NCBI GenBank assembly: GCA_963706955.1 | Contig: CAVPOC010000001.1 | Location: 160,001 to 224,000 of the forward strand | Direction: 5' to 3' | DNA: 64,000 nt | Origin: an uncultured Verrucomicrobiae bacterium | GTDB taxonomy: Bacteria; Verrucomicrobiota; Verrucomicrobiia; Chthoniobacterales; Terrimicrobiaceae | Shown here: piece after piece, positions 1 through 9,945 of the stretch | Numbering within the stretch: the stretch's first letter is position 1 | Layout of the letters: the number at the start of each line of letters is the position of its first letter | The notes under the pieces: model-generated | What the model was told of the DNA's origin: nothing | Databases searched by the model: none | The model's input: only the letters and a program-made list of their open reading frames with translations | Program-made: the position numbers and the translations under genes

Positions 1-1
1 G

Positions 2-136
2 AGCGAGGGTGTTGAGAAGGAGGGCGAGATGAGCCCAGCCCAAGCGAGAGGCTTATTAAATTCTCTTCGCTCGGAGGAGGATCGCGTGCGATTGATGCAG
101 CGAAAGGAACTGGAGGATACTTTGAAGGATTGGTGA
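2..136 (+). CDS. C-terminal end of BatB/BatC-like protein (partial, runs off window start)
   Basis: Frame 2 reads ...EMSPAQARGLLNSLRSEEDRVRLMQRKELEDTLKDW*. The KDW* ending is typical of BatC-like proteins. Its TGA overlaps the batD ATG (TGATG). Confidence 0.7.
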   Translation, partial: SEGVEKEGEMSPAQARGLLNSLRSEEDRVRLMQRKELEDTLKDW

Positions 137-2007
137 TGAAGGCTCGCATGCAGAAATTTGTTCTCCTTTTCGTGCTCGCGGTGTTCGGTGTCACGCGCGC
201 GGGTGAGGCACAGCAGGTCCGCGCGGAGCTGTCGCAGGATTACGCTGCTGTCGGTCAACCTGTGCGGCTCAACATCTCAGTGACGGGTGGCCGTGGTGCC
301 CAGGTTCCGCAGCAGTTGAACATCGACGGCATTGATGCCCGCTTTGTTGGAAAATCCGAGCAGATGCAGTGGCAGATGGGGAAGGGGGGCGTTAACTCGA
401 GTGCCACGTCGATATACAGCTACATCATTGTCCCGCTGCGACAGGGAGAATTTACCATCCCGGCGATCCCGATGGTTATCGCCGGAAAGACCGTTACGAC
501 TTCCCCGCTCAAATTGAGCGTCTCAGGCGGTCGCGGGAACGTTCCGGTTCTGCCGGCCATCCCCGTTCCCCAACGCCAGAAAGGCCAACAATCAGTTCCG
601 CCGCCAGCGGCGCAAGCCACCCCGCGCTCGGCGCGCGGATCGCAGCAGGACGAGTCCAAGATTGCATTTGGAGATCTAATCATTCCGAAGAAAAGCGTCT
701 ATGTCGGCGAGGTCGTTCCGGTTGAGTTGCGTTTCTATTTCGATGCCAGTTATCCGGTGCGCCTTCCTGATCGGCCGACGTTTTCGGGTGATGGTTTTAC
801 GGTTATGCGCTTTTCCAAACCGATCGAAAAGCAACAGGAGGTTGGCGGACGGGCATACAACCTCGTCATCTTCCAGACCGCGCTGACCGCCGCGAAAGCC
901 GGCTCCCTTGAGATCTCCCCGGCAACGATGGAGTCACAAATCCAGCTTCCGGGTCGCTCGGGCATGGATGACTTCTTTGGCGGGTTTTTCGGCAACATGC
1001 TCTCAGCGGGAGATGTTCGGCAGACAACAGTTTCCACTCAGTCCGCTAAGCTGGAAGTCAAACCGCTTCCGAAGGATGGCCAGCCTGAGAATTTTAGCGG
1101 GGCCATCGGCCAGTTCTCGCTGCAAGCCGCGGCAGCACCCAAGCAGGCGGCTGCGGGGGATCCGATCTCCTTGAACGTTACCGTTTCGGGAAGGGGAAAT
1201 TTCGACGCCATGGGAGCGCCGGTTCTGCTCGACGCCGAAGGGTGGCGGACGTATCCACCTGGCGAGAAATTCGAGGCGAGCCAAAGCGATCCCATCGGCT
1301 TCAACGGAGAGAAGCGATTCGAGTATATGATCGTGGCGCGCGAGGACCGTTCAAAGACACCGATCGCTGAGCTTTCATTCTTTGACCCCGCCATCGAGAA
1401 ATACGTTACCGTTCGAAGTAATGCGGTCGCCGTAACCGCGAAGGGGGGCAAGGTTGATCCATCTCCAGTGGCTGCGGCAACTTCCACGCCCCAGCCGCAG
1501 ATCGCGCCAAGCCCGGCGGCACCGGTCGAAGTCGAGGACCAACTCGCGGCGGATTACACGCCGGCCTCCTTCTCTTCGTTCGCCTACAATCGAAGCTTTT
1601 TAATTGTCAATGGCGCCTTGGCAGCAACTTGGTCCGCGGCTCTGCTCATCGGCTTGGGACGGATTGCGGCGACTTCATCGTTTGCCAAAGAATCCGCCTT
1701 TCGTCGCAACAAGCGCGCCCTTCTTCGAAAAATGGAAGACCCTCAGTGCGGTCCGGAGCAATTTTTCCGGAATGCCGAGCAATTCCTGCAGGCCTGCCTG
1801 TCGAACAACGGGACGAGGTCCGACCTCGGTGAACTGCTCGAGAGGTCGAAGGTAGGCGATCAAAGCAAAGCAGCAGTGCGCACCATTCTCAGCCGGTACG
1901 ATGAATGGAAATATTCACCAAGCGACGCGCCGCCCACGCTCGAGGCCGCCGAACGTCAACAAGTCGTCGCTCAACTAAGAGATTTCGATCATGAGTTGCG
2001 CAAGTAG
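136..2007 (+). CDS. batD: BatD family protein
   Basis: Signal peptide, repeated beta-sandwich segments (VYVGEVV, GEFTIPAI, FSGAIGQF), late TM segment, bat operon context. Confidence 0.85.
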   Translation: MKARMQKFVLLFVLAVFGVTRAGEAQQVRAELSQDYAAVGQPVRLNISVTGGRGAQVPQQLNIDGIDARFVGKSEQMQWQMGKGGVNSSATSIYSYIIVPLRQGEFTIPAIPMVIAGKTVTTSPLKLSVSGGRGNVPVLPAIPVPQRQKGQQSVPPPAAQATPRSARGSQQDESKIAFGDLIIPKKSVYVGEVVPVELRFYFDASYPVRLPDRPTFSGDGFTVMRFSKPIEKQQEVGGRAYNLVIFQTALTAAKAGSLEISPATMESQIQLPGRSGMDDFFGGFFGNMLSAGDVRQTTVSTQSAKLEVKPLPKDGQPENFSGAIGQFSLQAAAAPKQAAAGDPISLNVTVSGRGNFDAMGAPVLLDAEGWRTYPPGEKFEASQSDPIGFNGEKRFEYMIVAREDRSKTPIAELSFFDPAIEKYVTVRSNAVAVTAKGGKVDPSPVAAATSTPQPQIAPSPAAPVEVEDQLAADYTPASFSSFAYNRSFLIVNGALAATWSAALLIGLGRIAATSSFAKESAFRRNKRALLRKMEDPQCGPEQFFRNAEQFLQACLSNNGTRSDLGELLERSKVGDQSKAAVRTILSRYDEWKYSPSDAPPTLEAAERQQVVAQLRDFDHELRK

Positions 2008-2732
2008 GCTGATATTCTCCTTCGTTCTCGCCCTGGTGAGCCCACTCCAGGCGGACCTGATATCCGAAGGTAAAGCCGCGTTTGCCAAGGGCGAGTATCC
2101 GGCGGCAGCCGATGCACTTCAGGTCCGCTTTGTCGACCAAAGGTTCGAGCGCAGGACTCTACTACAACCTGGCGATGGCAGAGCAGAAGTCGGGTCGGCG
2201 CGCCGAGGCGGCACTGAGCCTGCGCAGAGCGCTCACGCTTGACCCTCGCATGATCGATGCACGGATCGCGCTCTCCGAGATCGAACGTTCGCAAGGCGTT
2301 CCGCTGACACCGTCGAGTTGGCGCGATATCGTGGCCGAGCACGCGCCGATCGGGGCCCTTTTGATTGGAGGCTCCGCTCTCGCTTGGGTGGGAGCGTTCC
2401 TCCTGCTTTTTGCCATCTTTGCCAGGGCCGGGAGGGCCCTTCCGCTAGCAGGTGCGACCGGGCTCCTGATTGTTGGGGTCGGCATTTTCCTCTTGGGATA
2501 TCTCGCCGATCCGCGCGTCTCTGAGCGCAATGTCGCCGTCGTCCGGGACAGCGAAGGTGTCCCACTTCTCTCCTCGCCGGCAAACCAGTCCGCGACAGTG
2601 ACGCGTCTTCCCGCCGCCTCGTCGGTCCGAATTCTCCAAGAGCGGGGTGAGTGGACATTCTGTAGCGCGCCAGGCGGGGAAAAAGGCTGGGCACCAAGCA
2701 AATCGCTCGAGGCCGTCGTGCCTGCGGCATGA
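1991..2732 (+). CDS. batE: BatE-like TPR/SH3 protein, +1 frameshift near 2117
   Basis: Signal and AFAKGEY start in one frame. TPR (YYNLAMA), two TM segments and an SH3-like end (GEKGWAP) follow in the +1 frame. Confidence 0.7.
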
Positions 2733-3524
2733 AGTCAGTCACCGCAGCCACCTTTTTCGCTGCGGTCATGCTTTCAGTTGGTCAGGCGGCCGACCCATGG
2801 CTTGCCAGAATTGGTCCCGAGACACTCGGGCCTTTTCCGCTAGTTAGACCATTTTCGGGAAAGTTCCGCTTTGGTTGGTCGGAGATCGGCGCGGCAAGCG
2901 CTGAAGCCAGAGTGTGGTATTCCGGAGACAAGATCATGGTCGAAGTCAAGGGGGGAACGAACGGTTTGGCGCGGACGCTCTGGCAACTTGATGCCCGGCA
3001 CAAGGCCACCATTTTAAAAGAGGGTTTGCAGCCGGTCGCCTTTGAACAGGTCGAGCGCTATGCGAAGAAACGGGTCCGCACCGAAGCGGTCTTTAAATCA
3101 GACGGTCTCTGGCGTCTTCGCGCAGTTACCGTCTGATCCGAAAAATGTGCCAAGATGGAAGAAGATCAAGGTCGAGCCGATTCGTGACATCGTTTCAGCC
3201 ATGCTCTTCATCCGCAGCCAACCGTTGAACGACGGCGAGAAAATTGGCGTCGTGGCTTTTCCAGGCGATGCCCCTTTTCTGGTCGAGGCCACTGTCGTGC
3301 GACACGAGCAAATCAGGGTCGGAAACAAACTCCGCAAAGTCATCAAACTGGACTTTCAGATCCAACGAATCGATCTCGCCAAGCGCCGCTTGGCGCCGCA
3401 TGGGAAATTCAAGAACGGCACCGTGTGGATTTCGGACGATGAAAACCGAGTTCCATTGCGGGCCGAGGTGAACATCTTTATCGGATACGTCTTCGGCGAG
3501 TTGGAAAATATCCAGTTCCAATGA
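2729..3524 (+). CDS. DUF3108-like exported protein, +1 frameshift near 3130
   Basis: ORFs 2729-3136 and 3042-3524 join into one protein. C-terminal VWISDDENRVPLR is typical of DUF3108. Confidence 0.65.
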
Positions 3525-3565
3525 AACTACTTTGCTGAGAACAGATGATCTTGGCCGGTGGGAAG

Positions 3566-3590
3566 TGTGGAGGCGCTTGTGCCAAGCGCC
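3566..3590 (+). repeat. REP-like palindrome family B (TGTGGAGGCGCTTGTGCCAAGCGCC)
   Basis: GGCGCTTG/CAAGCGCC stem between convergent genes; a related copy lies on the minus strand at 13881-13905. Confidence 0.55.
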
Positions 3591-3707
3591 CGCTACAACT
3601 CAGCCGCTGGACCTCATGCGAAAAGCACTGGAGGCCTGACAGCGTGAAACTTACAACTGTTATTACCAAAGTGCAGTCAAATTGAGGTGAAGCTCTAGGT
3701 TCCGAAC

Positions 3708-4481
3708 TTAGTCCACCTCTTTGAGGCGTGCGACGTGGTGATGCAGCACGCGGCGCTCGTTACCTTGCGCTGTAAGAATGCGGAGATTGGCCGCTTGGTC
3801 GAGTCCGAGAAATCTGCCGCCAATGATTTCCCCGGCGGTCAAAGTGATTTCAACCGGGCAACTGCTCCAGTGCATGTTCAGCGCACGGATGGCTGTCTCG
3901 AGTCCGCCAGCGAGCATCGCATGGTAGGCATCCTCGAATCGATCAAGGATAGTGACCGTTAGGGCGTCGAGCGACGGAACCGCGCCTGAGATGTCTGCCA
4001 GCCGAGTAGTGCTCTCGGCAAGTGACGGGTCAAACGTCCACGGCGCATTTTGGACATTCATGCCAATCCCGACCGTCAGCTTGTGACGACCTCCCTGTTC
4101 GATGAGCAGGCCGGCAAGCTTCTTTCGTCCACTCATCAGATCATTCGGCCAGCGTAGTCGCGCCTCGGGAACGTTGAGCTTTTTGAGAGCGAGGAGCAGG
4201 TGATGACCGACCATAAGCGAAAATCCGTTCCAACGGCTCGCGTCGCCGGACGCCGGTAGCGTTGCCGACAGCCACAGGCCGCCGACATCGGAAACAAAGG
4301 AGCGCCCAAAGCGTCCACGACCCGCCATTTGCGAGGCTGCACGGACCGCACTCCATGGGGGAAGTTCGCGCGCGAGATCATTTGTGGAGGTCACCGTCTC
4401 GTGCGGGAAAAGTCTCCAGCCAGCGGCACCTACCGTGACGGGGCCAGAAACTGTCGATGTCGAATTCGGCGGCGTGTTCAT
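3708..4481 (-). CDS. birA: Biotin--[acetyl-CoA-carboxylase] ligase (no HTH domain)
   Basis: STND, QMAGRGRFGRSF, LRWPNDL, KKLAGLL, GIGMNV motifs. Confidence 0.9.
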   Translation of the reverse strand: MNTPPNSTSTVSGPVTVGAAGWRLFPHETVTSTNDLARELPPWSAVRAASQMAGRGRFGRSFVSDVGGLWLSATLPASGDASRWNGFSLMVGHHLLLALKKLNVPEARLRWPNDLMSGRKKLAGLLIEQGGRHKLTVGIGMNVQNAPWTFDPSLAESTTRLADISGAVPSLDALTVTILDRFEDAYHAMLAGGLETAIRALNMHWSSCPVEITLTAGEIIGGRFLGLDQAANLRILTAQGNERRVLHHHVARLKEVD

Positions 4482-4573
4482 CAATGGGTGGCGGATTTTT
4501 CCCTCCGCGCGAGCCCACCTGGGAGGGGGAAACTGTTGCTTGCTTTGCAAACGCGGAAGGTAAAACTCCCGCG

Positions 4574-5534
4574 ATGATCGAATATGTCAAGGTACTCCGT
4601 ATTGATCATTGGCTGAAGAACGTCTTCATCTTCTTCGGACATCTGGTCGCGTTGGCGCTACTGCCGGACCGAAGTGCCCCAGAACACTGGTGACGTTGTT
4701 CTGCGCATATTCTTGTCGCTCCTCCCCGCGTGCCTGATCGCGTCAGCGAACTACATCGTCAACGAAATTCTCGACGCTCCCTTCGACCGCATGCATCCGA
4801 CGAAACGGTTCCGTCCGGTGCCTTCCGGCAAGGTCAAACTCCCGGTGCTGTGGACATTGATGAGCGTCCTCATCGTGGTTGCCTTTGTGCTCGCGGCGCT
4901 GTGGTTCAATGTCGGATATCTTGTCGCGTTGGCCCTGCTATTGCTCAGCGGTATCGCTTACAACGTCGAGCCCGTGCGCCTGAAGGACCGCGCCTACCTG
5001 GACGTCATTGCAGAGTCCTTCAACAATCCCGTCCGGCTCTGGCTTGGATGGTATGCGTTGCTTCCCTCCCACTACTATCCGCCGCTATCGATCGTGCTGG
5101 CATGGTGGTTTTTTGGCGCGCTGCTGATGGCCGGCAAACGTTATGCAGAATTTCGCTTCATCGGCGACGCCCGGCGTCGCGGCGACTACAGAAAATCGTT
5201 TCGTGTTTATACCGAACGATCGCTCATTCTTTCGATGGTAACGTATGCAAACTTTTTCTGTTTTTGCATGGGCATAGCCATCGCGGTCTATCGACCGAAT
5301 CTGGTCTTCGTCTTCCCCCTGGTCGTGGTTGCCATCTGCGTTTATCTCCACCGCGCCATGAGCGAGGAGGGTGCCAAACTCGAACCCGAGCACCTCCTGA
5401 AAAGTCCGTTGGTCATTGCCTGCACTCTGATCGTTGTGGCGGTCTCCGCTTTGCTGGCCTGGACGAAAGCCGACCTTACGAAGAGCCTGCATCTGTTCGA
5501 AGGGATGGAAGTGCAAGAAAAGACAAGTCAATGA
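4574..5534 (+). CDS. UbiA-family prenyltransferase, decaprenyl-phosphate phosphoribosyltransferase-like; +1 frameshift near 4680
   Basis: WLKNVFIF, then NYIVNEILDAPFDRMHPTKRFRP and LMAGKRYAE; many TM segments. Confidence 0.8.
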
Positions 5535-5538
5535 TTGG

Positions 5539-6961
5539 ATGGGTGAGGTGCATGTGGCCTTAGCCTTTGAATGGTTCCAGGCGCATCGATGGGCGGCGTT
5601 GTGGATCACATTACCCATCGTCCTTGCCGTTCATCTGATCTCCGCGGCCGTAACGATTCGGCATTCCAATCAGGACCCCGTCGCCTCTGATCAGGGCGCG
5701 GAAATGTGGCTGGCTGCCACGGCACGCGACGATCTACTTCCGCAGCGCAGCGATGGAGTGCGCCATCCACTCTGGTCCTGGATCGCGCGGTCGGTCTACA
5801 CGGAAGACGAGACCTCCTTTTTTGCACGGGGGAAGTGGCTTAATACCTTTTTTTGCGTCATCTTCCTTGCCGGGTTTGGTTTGGTCGTGGCGCGGTGGCT
5901 TGATCCCCTGGCCACGGCGAACTTGCTCCTCCTAAGCAGTCTGGGAGTCTTGCTGGTGCGGGGCACATATTTCCAACCCGAGCCGTTGTATTATATTTTA
6001 TTCTTCCTCGCGATAGTTCTGGCTTGGAGGATCCTGCAGGGAGGACCGCTCTGGCTCTACACTGTTTTCGGTCTTGTTTGTGGCCTGGCGTTTCTTGCGA
6101 AGCCCTCGCTACTGCCCTTCTTGATCGTGTTTTGCCTGGCGTTTTGCTTACGGGCTTTCCTGGCCCTGCGCCGCGGGGACACCGAATGGCGCGTCCCTCG
6201 CAACCTCACCGGAATGGTCCTCGCATTCGCCATCCTTGCCCTCATGCGTGCTCCCGCTTGCTCTGTTCACTGAGAAACATTTCGGGTCGCCGCTTTTCAA
6301 CTACACCAAATATTGGATGTGGATGGACGACTTTATGACCGAGGCGTGGCCGTTTCAGGACAAATATCCTGGGCGGGTGCAGCTCGAGCAATTGCCGGAG
6401 GAAGAGAAACCTTCTCCCGCTTTGTACTTCAAGAAGCACGGTCTCGATGATGCGCTAAAGCGCCTGGGGAGTGGGACCTGGGAGGTCTTTTCCCGTTTTT
6501 TCTTTCCCGAAGCCAAGCTGCGATGGAGCGGATTTTTTTGGCGTTCACCGGAGAAAAAGTGGGAGCAGCCGCTGGCTCATCGGGGCATCTATCTCATCTT
6601 GCTGGGAGGTTTGTGTGCTCTCCTGGCGGTTGCTTCCGGATCTGCCTTCAGGCAGCTTCTGGCGCGTCCTGGAAACATCGCCGGTCTTTGTTTTGCGGCG
6701 GCCCTGGGCATCAGTTATTTGCTTTTGTATGGTTGGTATTGGCCGATCGGTCGCGGCGATCGATTCATGGGAAGTTTATGGATCCCATTCGTCTTCGGGC
6801 TAACTTGGCTGGCCTTCCAGTTGCGGCAGCGCGCAGAGAGTCGATTCGCAGATATCGTCTATCTGACCGTCCACGGCGTGATCTTGATTTCACTCGCCTG
6901 GCAAGTCATTGGTATCCTCTGGCGTTTCTCGGCGGGAATTTATCTTGTTACGCGCAACTAA
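5539..6961 (+). CDS. GT-C fold (PMT/ArnT-like) membrane glycosyltransferase; +1 frameshift near 6247; start uncertain
   Basis: Polytopic membrane protein with SDQ, RHPLW, QPEPLY and GLAFLAKPS motifs; continues in ORF 6236-6961. Confidence 0.6.
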
Positions 6962-6989
6962 AGCGGTTGAATGCGCGCACTGTAACTCG

Positions 6990-7475
6990 ATGAACAAATT
7001 TCGGCTTGTTTGTTTAGGCCTCGCGCTGAGCGCACTCAACGCGTGTGTCACGCCCCGGCAGAGTGACCGGCCCCAGGTTCTCGACAAGCTGCAGGCAATG
7101 GGCGTGGACCAGAAAACTTATGCCAAGATCGCCAACCATCGGGTCCTGGGTTACGACGATATTTACGAGCTTGTCAGAAAACGTGTGCCGGGGCCGATTG
7201 TCATCAGCTATTTGCGGAGCACTCACGCACCTTATCGGCTGACGAATCGTCAGCTTGAGCGTCTCACCGATGGCGGCGCCAGCGCCGACCTCATCAACTA
7301 TCTGGGTAAATCGACCGGCTACTTCGAGGCCACGGAGCGCAGTCAAACAGGCAAGTCTGGAGAATGGAAGAACCATCCCTACTATTCCGATCCGTTCTTC
7401 ATGGGTCCGCCGCCATTTGGTTACGAATGGCCGGGAGAGTGGGATGACCCCGGCTGGATCGAGACTGTCTTTTGA
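6990..7475 (+). CDS. Putative lipoprotein
   Basis: MNKFRLVCLGLALSALNAC signal ending in a lipobox-like Cys. Confidence 0.6.
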   Translation: MNKFRLVCLGLALSALNACVTPRQSDRPQVLDKLQAMGVDQKTYAKIANHRVLGYDDIYELVRKRVPGPIVISYLRSTHAPYRLTNRQLERLTDGGASADLINYLGKSTGYFEATERSQTGKSGEWKNHPYYSDPFFMGPPPFGYEWPGEWDDPGWIETVF

Positions 7476-7478
7476 CCC

Positions 7479-8459
7479 GTGCTCACCTCCTTTCTGACGG
7501 CCTTCGGCAAACCCGCAGACGTTCTGAGCCTCGAGGAGCGTCCGCGTCCCCGACCGGACAAGGGCGAGATTCTGCTCGAGATGCTGGCCGCTCCGGTGAA
7601 TCCGGCGGATCTTAATGTGATCGAAGGTAAATACGGGGAATTGCCCGAGCTCCCCGCCATCATTGGAAATGAGGGAGTGGGTCGCGTGATCGAGCTCGGC
7701 GTCGGCACCAACGGCTTCTCTGTGGGCGACCTCATTCTTCCGATGCGCCGTGGCACCTGGACGCAGTTTATGCTGGCTGACGCTGCCACGGCGATCCGAT
7801 TGCCACCGAAGATGAATGCGTTTCAGGCCGCCATGCTGACGATCAATCCGGTGTCCGCCTGGGGCATGCTCAACAGCTTCGTGCGCCTGCAGAAGGGGGA
7901 TTGGGTTGTGCAGAACGCGGCCAATTCCGCGGTCGGACGATGCGTTATCCAGATCGCTCGATCCCGTGGTTGGAAAACGCTAAATGTCGTTCGGCGTTCG
8001 GATGTAATCGAAGACTTGAAGGCGCTGGGCGCGGACGAAGTGGTCCTTGAAGGTCGCGACTTACGCGAGATCTCCGCCGATCTCTGTGGCGCGCATCGCC
8101 CCAGACTCGGGCTCAACGCTGTGGGCGGCGCAAGTGCGCTCAACCTCGCAAACGCCCTCTCGGACTTTGGGGTGCTCGTCACCTACGGAGCGATGGCGCG
8201 GCAACCGCTGAAGATCCCTAACGGGCTCTTGATTTTTCGCAACTTGGAATTCAAAGGATTCTGGGCGAGTCGGTGGCTTCGCTCGCTTTCGCCCGCGCGG
8301 GCCACCAAAATGTGGGACTCGCTGGCGAGTCTTTCCATGCGCGGAAAACTGCGCGTGCCCATTCATCGCGTCTTTCCGCTTCCCGATCTGTTATCGGCGG
8401 TTCAGGAGGCTGCCAGCGAGAAACGCAACGGCAAGGTCCTTCTCGATTTGCGCGCGTGA
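7479..8459 (+). CDS. MDR-family 2-enoyl thioester reductase (Etr1/MECR-like)
   Basis: PVNPADLNVIEGKY, GNEGVG, QNAANSAVG, VTYGAM motifs. Confidence 0.85.
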   Translation: MLTSFLTAFGKPADVLSLEERPRPRPDKGEILLEMLAAPVNPADLNVIEGKYGELPELPAIIGNEGVGRVIELGVGTNGFSVGDLILPMRRGTWTQFMLADAATAIRLPPKMNAFQAAMLTINPVSAWGMLNSFVRLQKGDWVVQNAANSAVGRCVIQIARSRGWKTLNVVRRSDVIEDLKALGADEVVLEGRDLREISADLCGAHRPRLGLNAVGGASALNLANALSDFGVLVTYGAMARQPLKIPNGLLIFRNLEFKGFWASRWLRSLSPARATKMWDSLASLSMRGKLRVPIHRVFPLPDLLSAVQEAASEKRNGKVLLDLRA

Positions 8460-8553
8460 AGCAGGTCGTTTCACAGGTCCGTTGCTTGCGGCGCTCGCAA
8501 GAGGGTGTTTCGACGATTCGGCTCAACCAGGCGACCATGGACCTTCGCTGACG

Positions 8554-9864
8554 ATGCAAAGTCTCCCCGGCTTTCGCGATTTCTATCCGCACGATTGCGC
8601 GCGGCGAAACTACATTCTCGACACGTGGCGCAAAGTAGCTCGTCGGTATGGGTTCGTTGAATATGACGGCCCTGTTCTCGAGCCGATCGAGTTGTATGAA
8701 AAAAAGAGCGGCGGAGAACTGCTCGGCCAACTCTTCGATTTCATGGACAAGGGCGGTCGGCACGTTGCCATGCGGCCGGAGATGACCCCAACGCTGGCGC
8801 GAATGGTCGCCGCGCGGGAGAAAGATTTTAAGAAACCCTTGAAGTGGTTTTGTTGTCCCCAATTCTTTCGATACGAAAAACAGCAGCGCGGCCGGCTGCG
8901 CGAGTTCTATCAATTTAATGCGGATATCATCGGAGAGTCTTCACCGGCCGCCGATGCCGAGATGATCGCACTCGCGATCGATCTCATGCGCGAGCTTGGA
9001 TTTACGGAAAGAGAGTTCGTGGTGCGCCTGAGCAGCCGCGAGGTCTGGTCGAGCTTCCTGAGCGAGAAGAGAGGAGGTGCCGGTGTGGAAAGGTCCGATC
9101 TCGATCAACTGCTGGCGGTGATCGATAAAGCAGAGAGACAGGAAGATTCGGTTAGCCAAAAGCAACTCGATCCCCTTGATATCAGGCTAGACGACCTGCG
9201 AACTTGGGCGGCGGATTGGAGCCAAAGGGTCGTTGCTGCCGATTCGCTGGTTACCAGCGCACCGTTGGCGCGCTTTCACGAACTTCTCCATTCACATCTC
9301 GAGCCAAGAGGCTTGCTCAAATACGTCGAAGTGGATTTTTCCATTGTTCGCGGTTTGGCTTACTACACCGGCGCAGTCTTTGAAGTGTTCGATCGCGGCA
9401 GAAGAGAGCGGGCCCTAGCCGGAGGTGGCCGGTATGATGAGCTGCTCGCCCTGATGAGCGACGGCAAGGTTTCCCTGCCCGCCCTGGGAATCGGAATGGG
9501 CGATGTCGTCCTCGCGAACCTGATCGATGATACTCCGCACGCTCGAAACAGGATGGAGACCTGGATCGCGCAAAGCCATGCTGCCGATATTTTCATCGTC
9601 ATCGCGAAGGAAGAACGACGGCCTGACGCATTGACCCTGGTGCAGCAACTTCGCGATGATGGACTGAGGGTCGATTTTTCGCTCACTGCGCTGAAAGTTG
9701 GAAAGCAATTCCAAGCTGCCGATCAAGCAGGTGCCTCGCTGGTCATCCTGGTCGGAGAGGAGTGGCCGCAGGTGAAGATCAAGGTGCTGGCTACCCGTCA
9801 AGAAGAACAGATCTTGCACACGGAGCTTGCGGATTGGCTGCGAAATCGCCAAAAAAGCGCTTAA
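8554..9864 (+). CDS. hisS: Histidine--tRNA ligase
   Basis: RPEMTP, FRYEKQQRGRLREFYQ, RGLAYYTG, GGGRYD motifs. Confidence 0.95.
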   Translation: MQSLPGFRDFYPHDCARRNYILDTWRKVARRYGFVEYDGPVLEPIELYEKKSGGELLGQLFDFMDKGGRHVAMRPEMTPTLARMVAAREKDFKKPLKWFCCPQFFRYEKQQRGRLREFYQFNADIIGESSPAADAEMIALAIDLMRELGFTEREFVVRLSSREVWSSFLSEKRGGAGVERSDLDQLLAVIDKAERQEDSVSQKQLDPLDIRLDDLRTWAADWSQRVVAADSLVTSAPLARFHELLHSHLEPRGLLKYVEVDFSIVRGLAYYTGAVFEVFDRGRRERALAGGGRYDELLALMSDGKVSLPALGIGMGDVVLANLIDDTPHARNRMETWIAQSHAADIFIVIAKEERRPDALTLVQQLRDDGLRVDFSLTALKVGKQFQAADQAGASLVILVGEEWPQVKIKVLATRQEEQILHTELADWLRNRQKSA

Positions 9865-9934
9865 CCACAGAGCACACCAGGAGCGCCGAGGGGAAAACAA
9901 CAGCCTCGGCGATGTCGGTGTTCCCTGTGGTTAA
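9861..9934. repeat. Intergenic imperfect palindrome (REP/MITE-like hairpin)
   Basis: TTAACCACAG/CTGTGGTTAA outer arms, ACACC/GGTGT and CGCCGAGG/CCTCGGCG inner stems. Confidence 0.75.
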
Positions 9935-9945
9935 TTTTTCAATTT

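Noticed and set aside
1991..6961. Programmed ribosomal frameshifting
   Set aside because: No common slippery sequence or stimulator; unrelated genes are affected, so sequencing error is more parsimonious.
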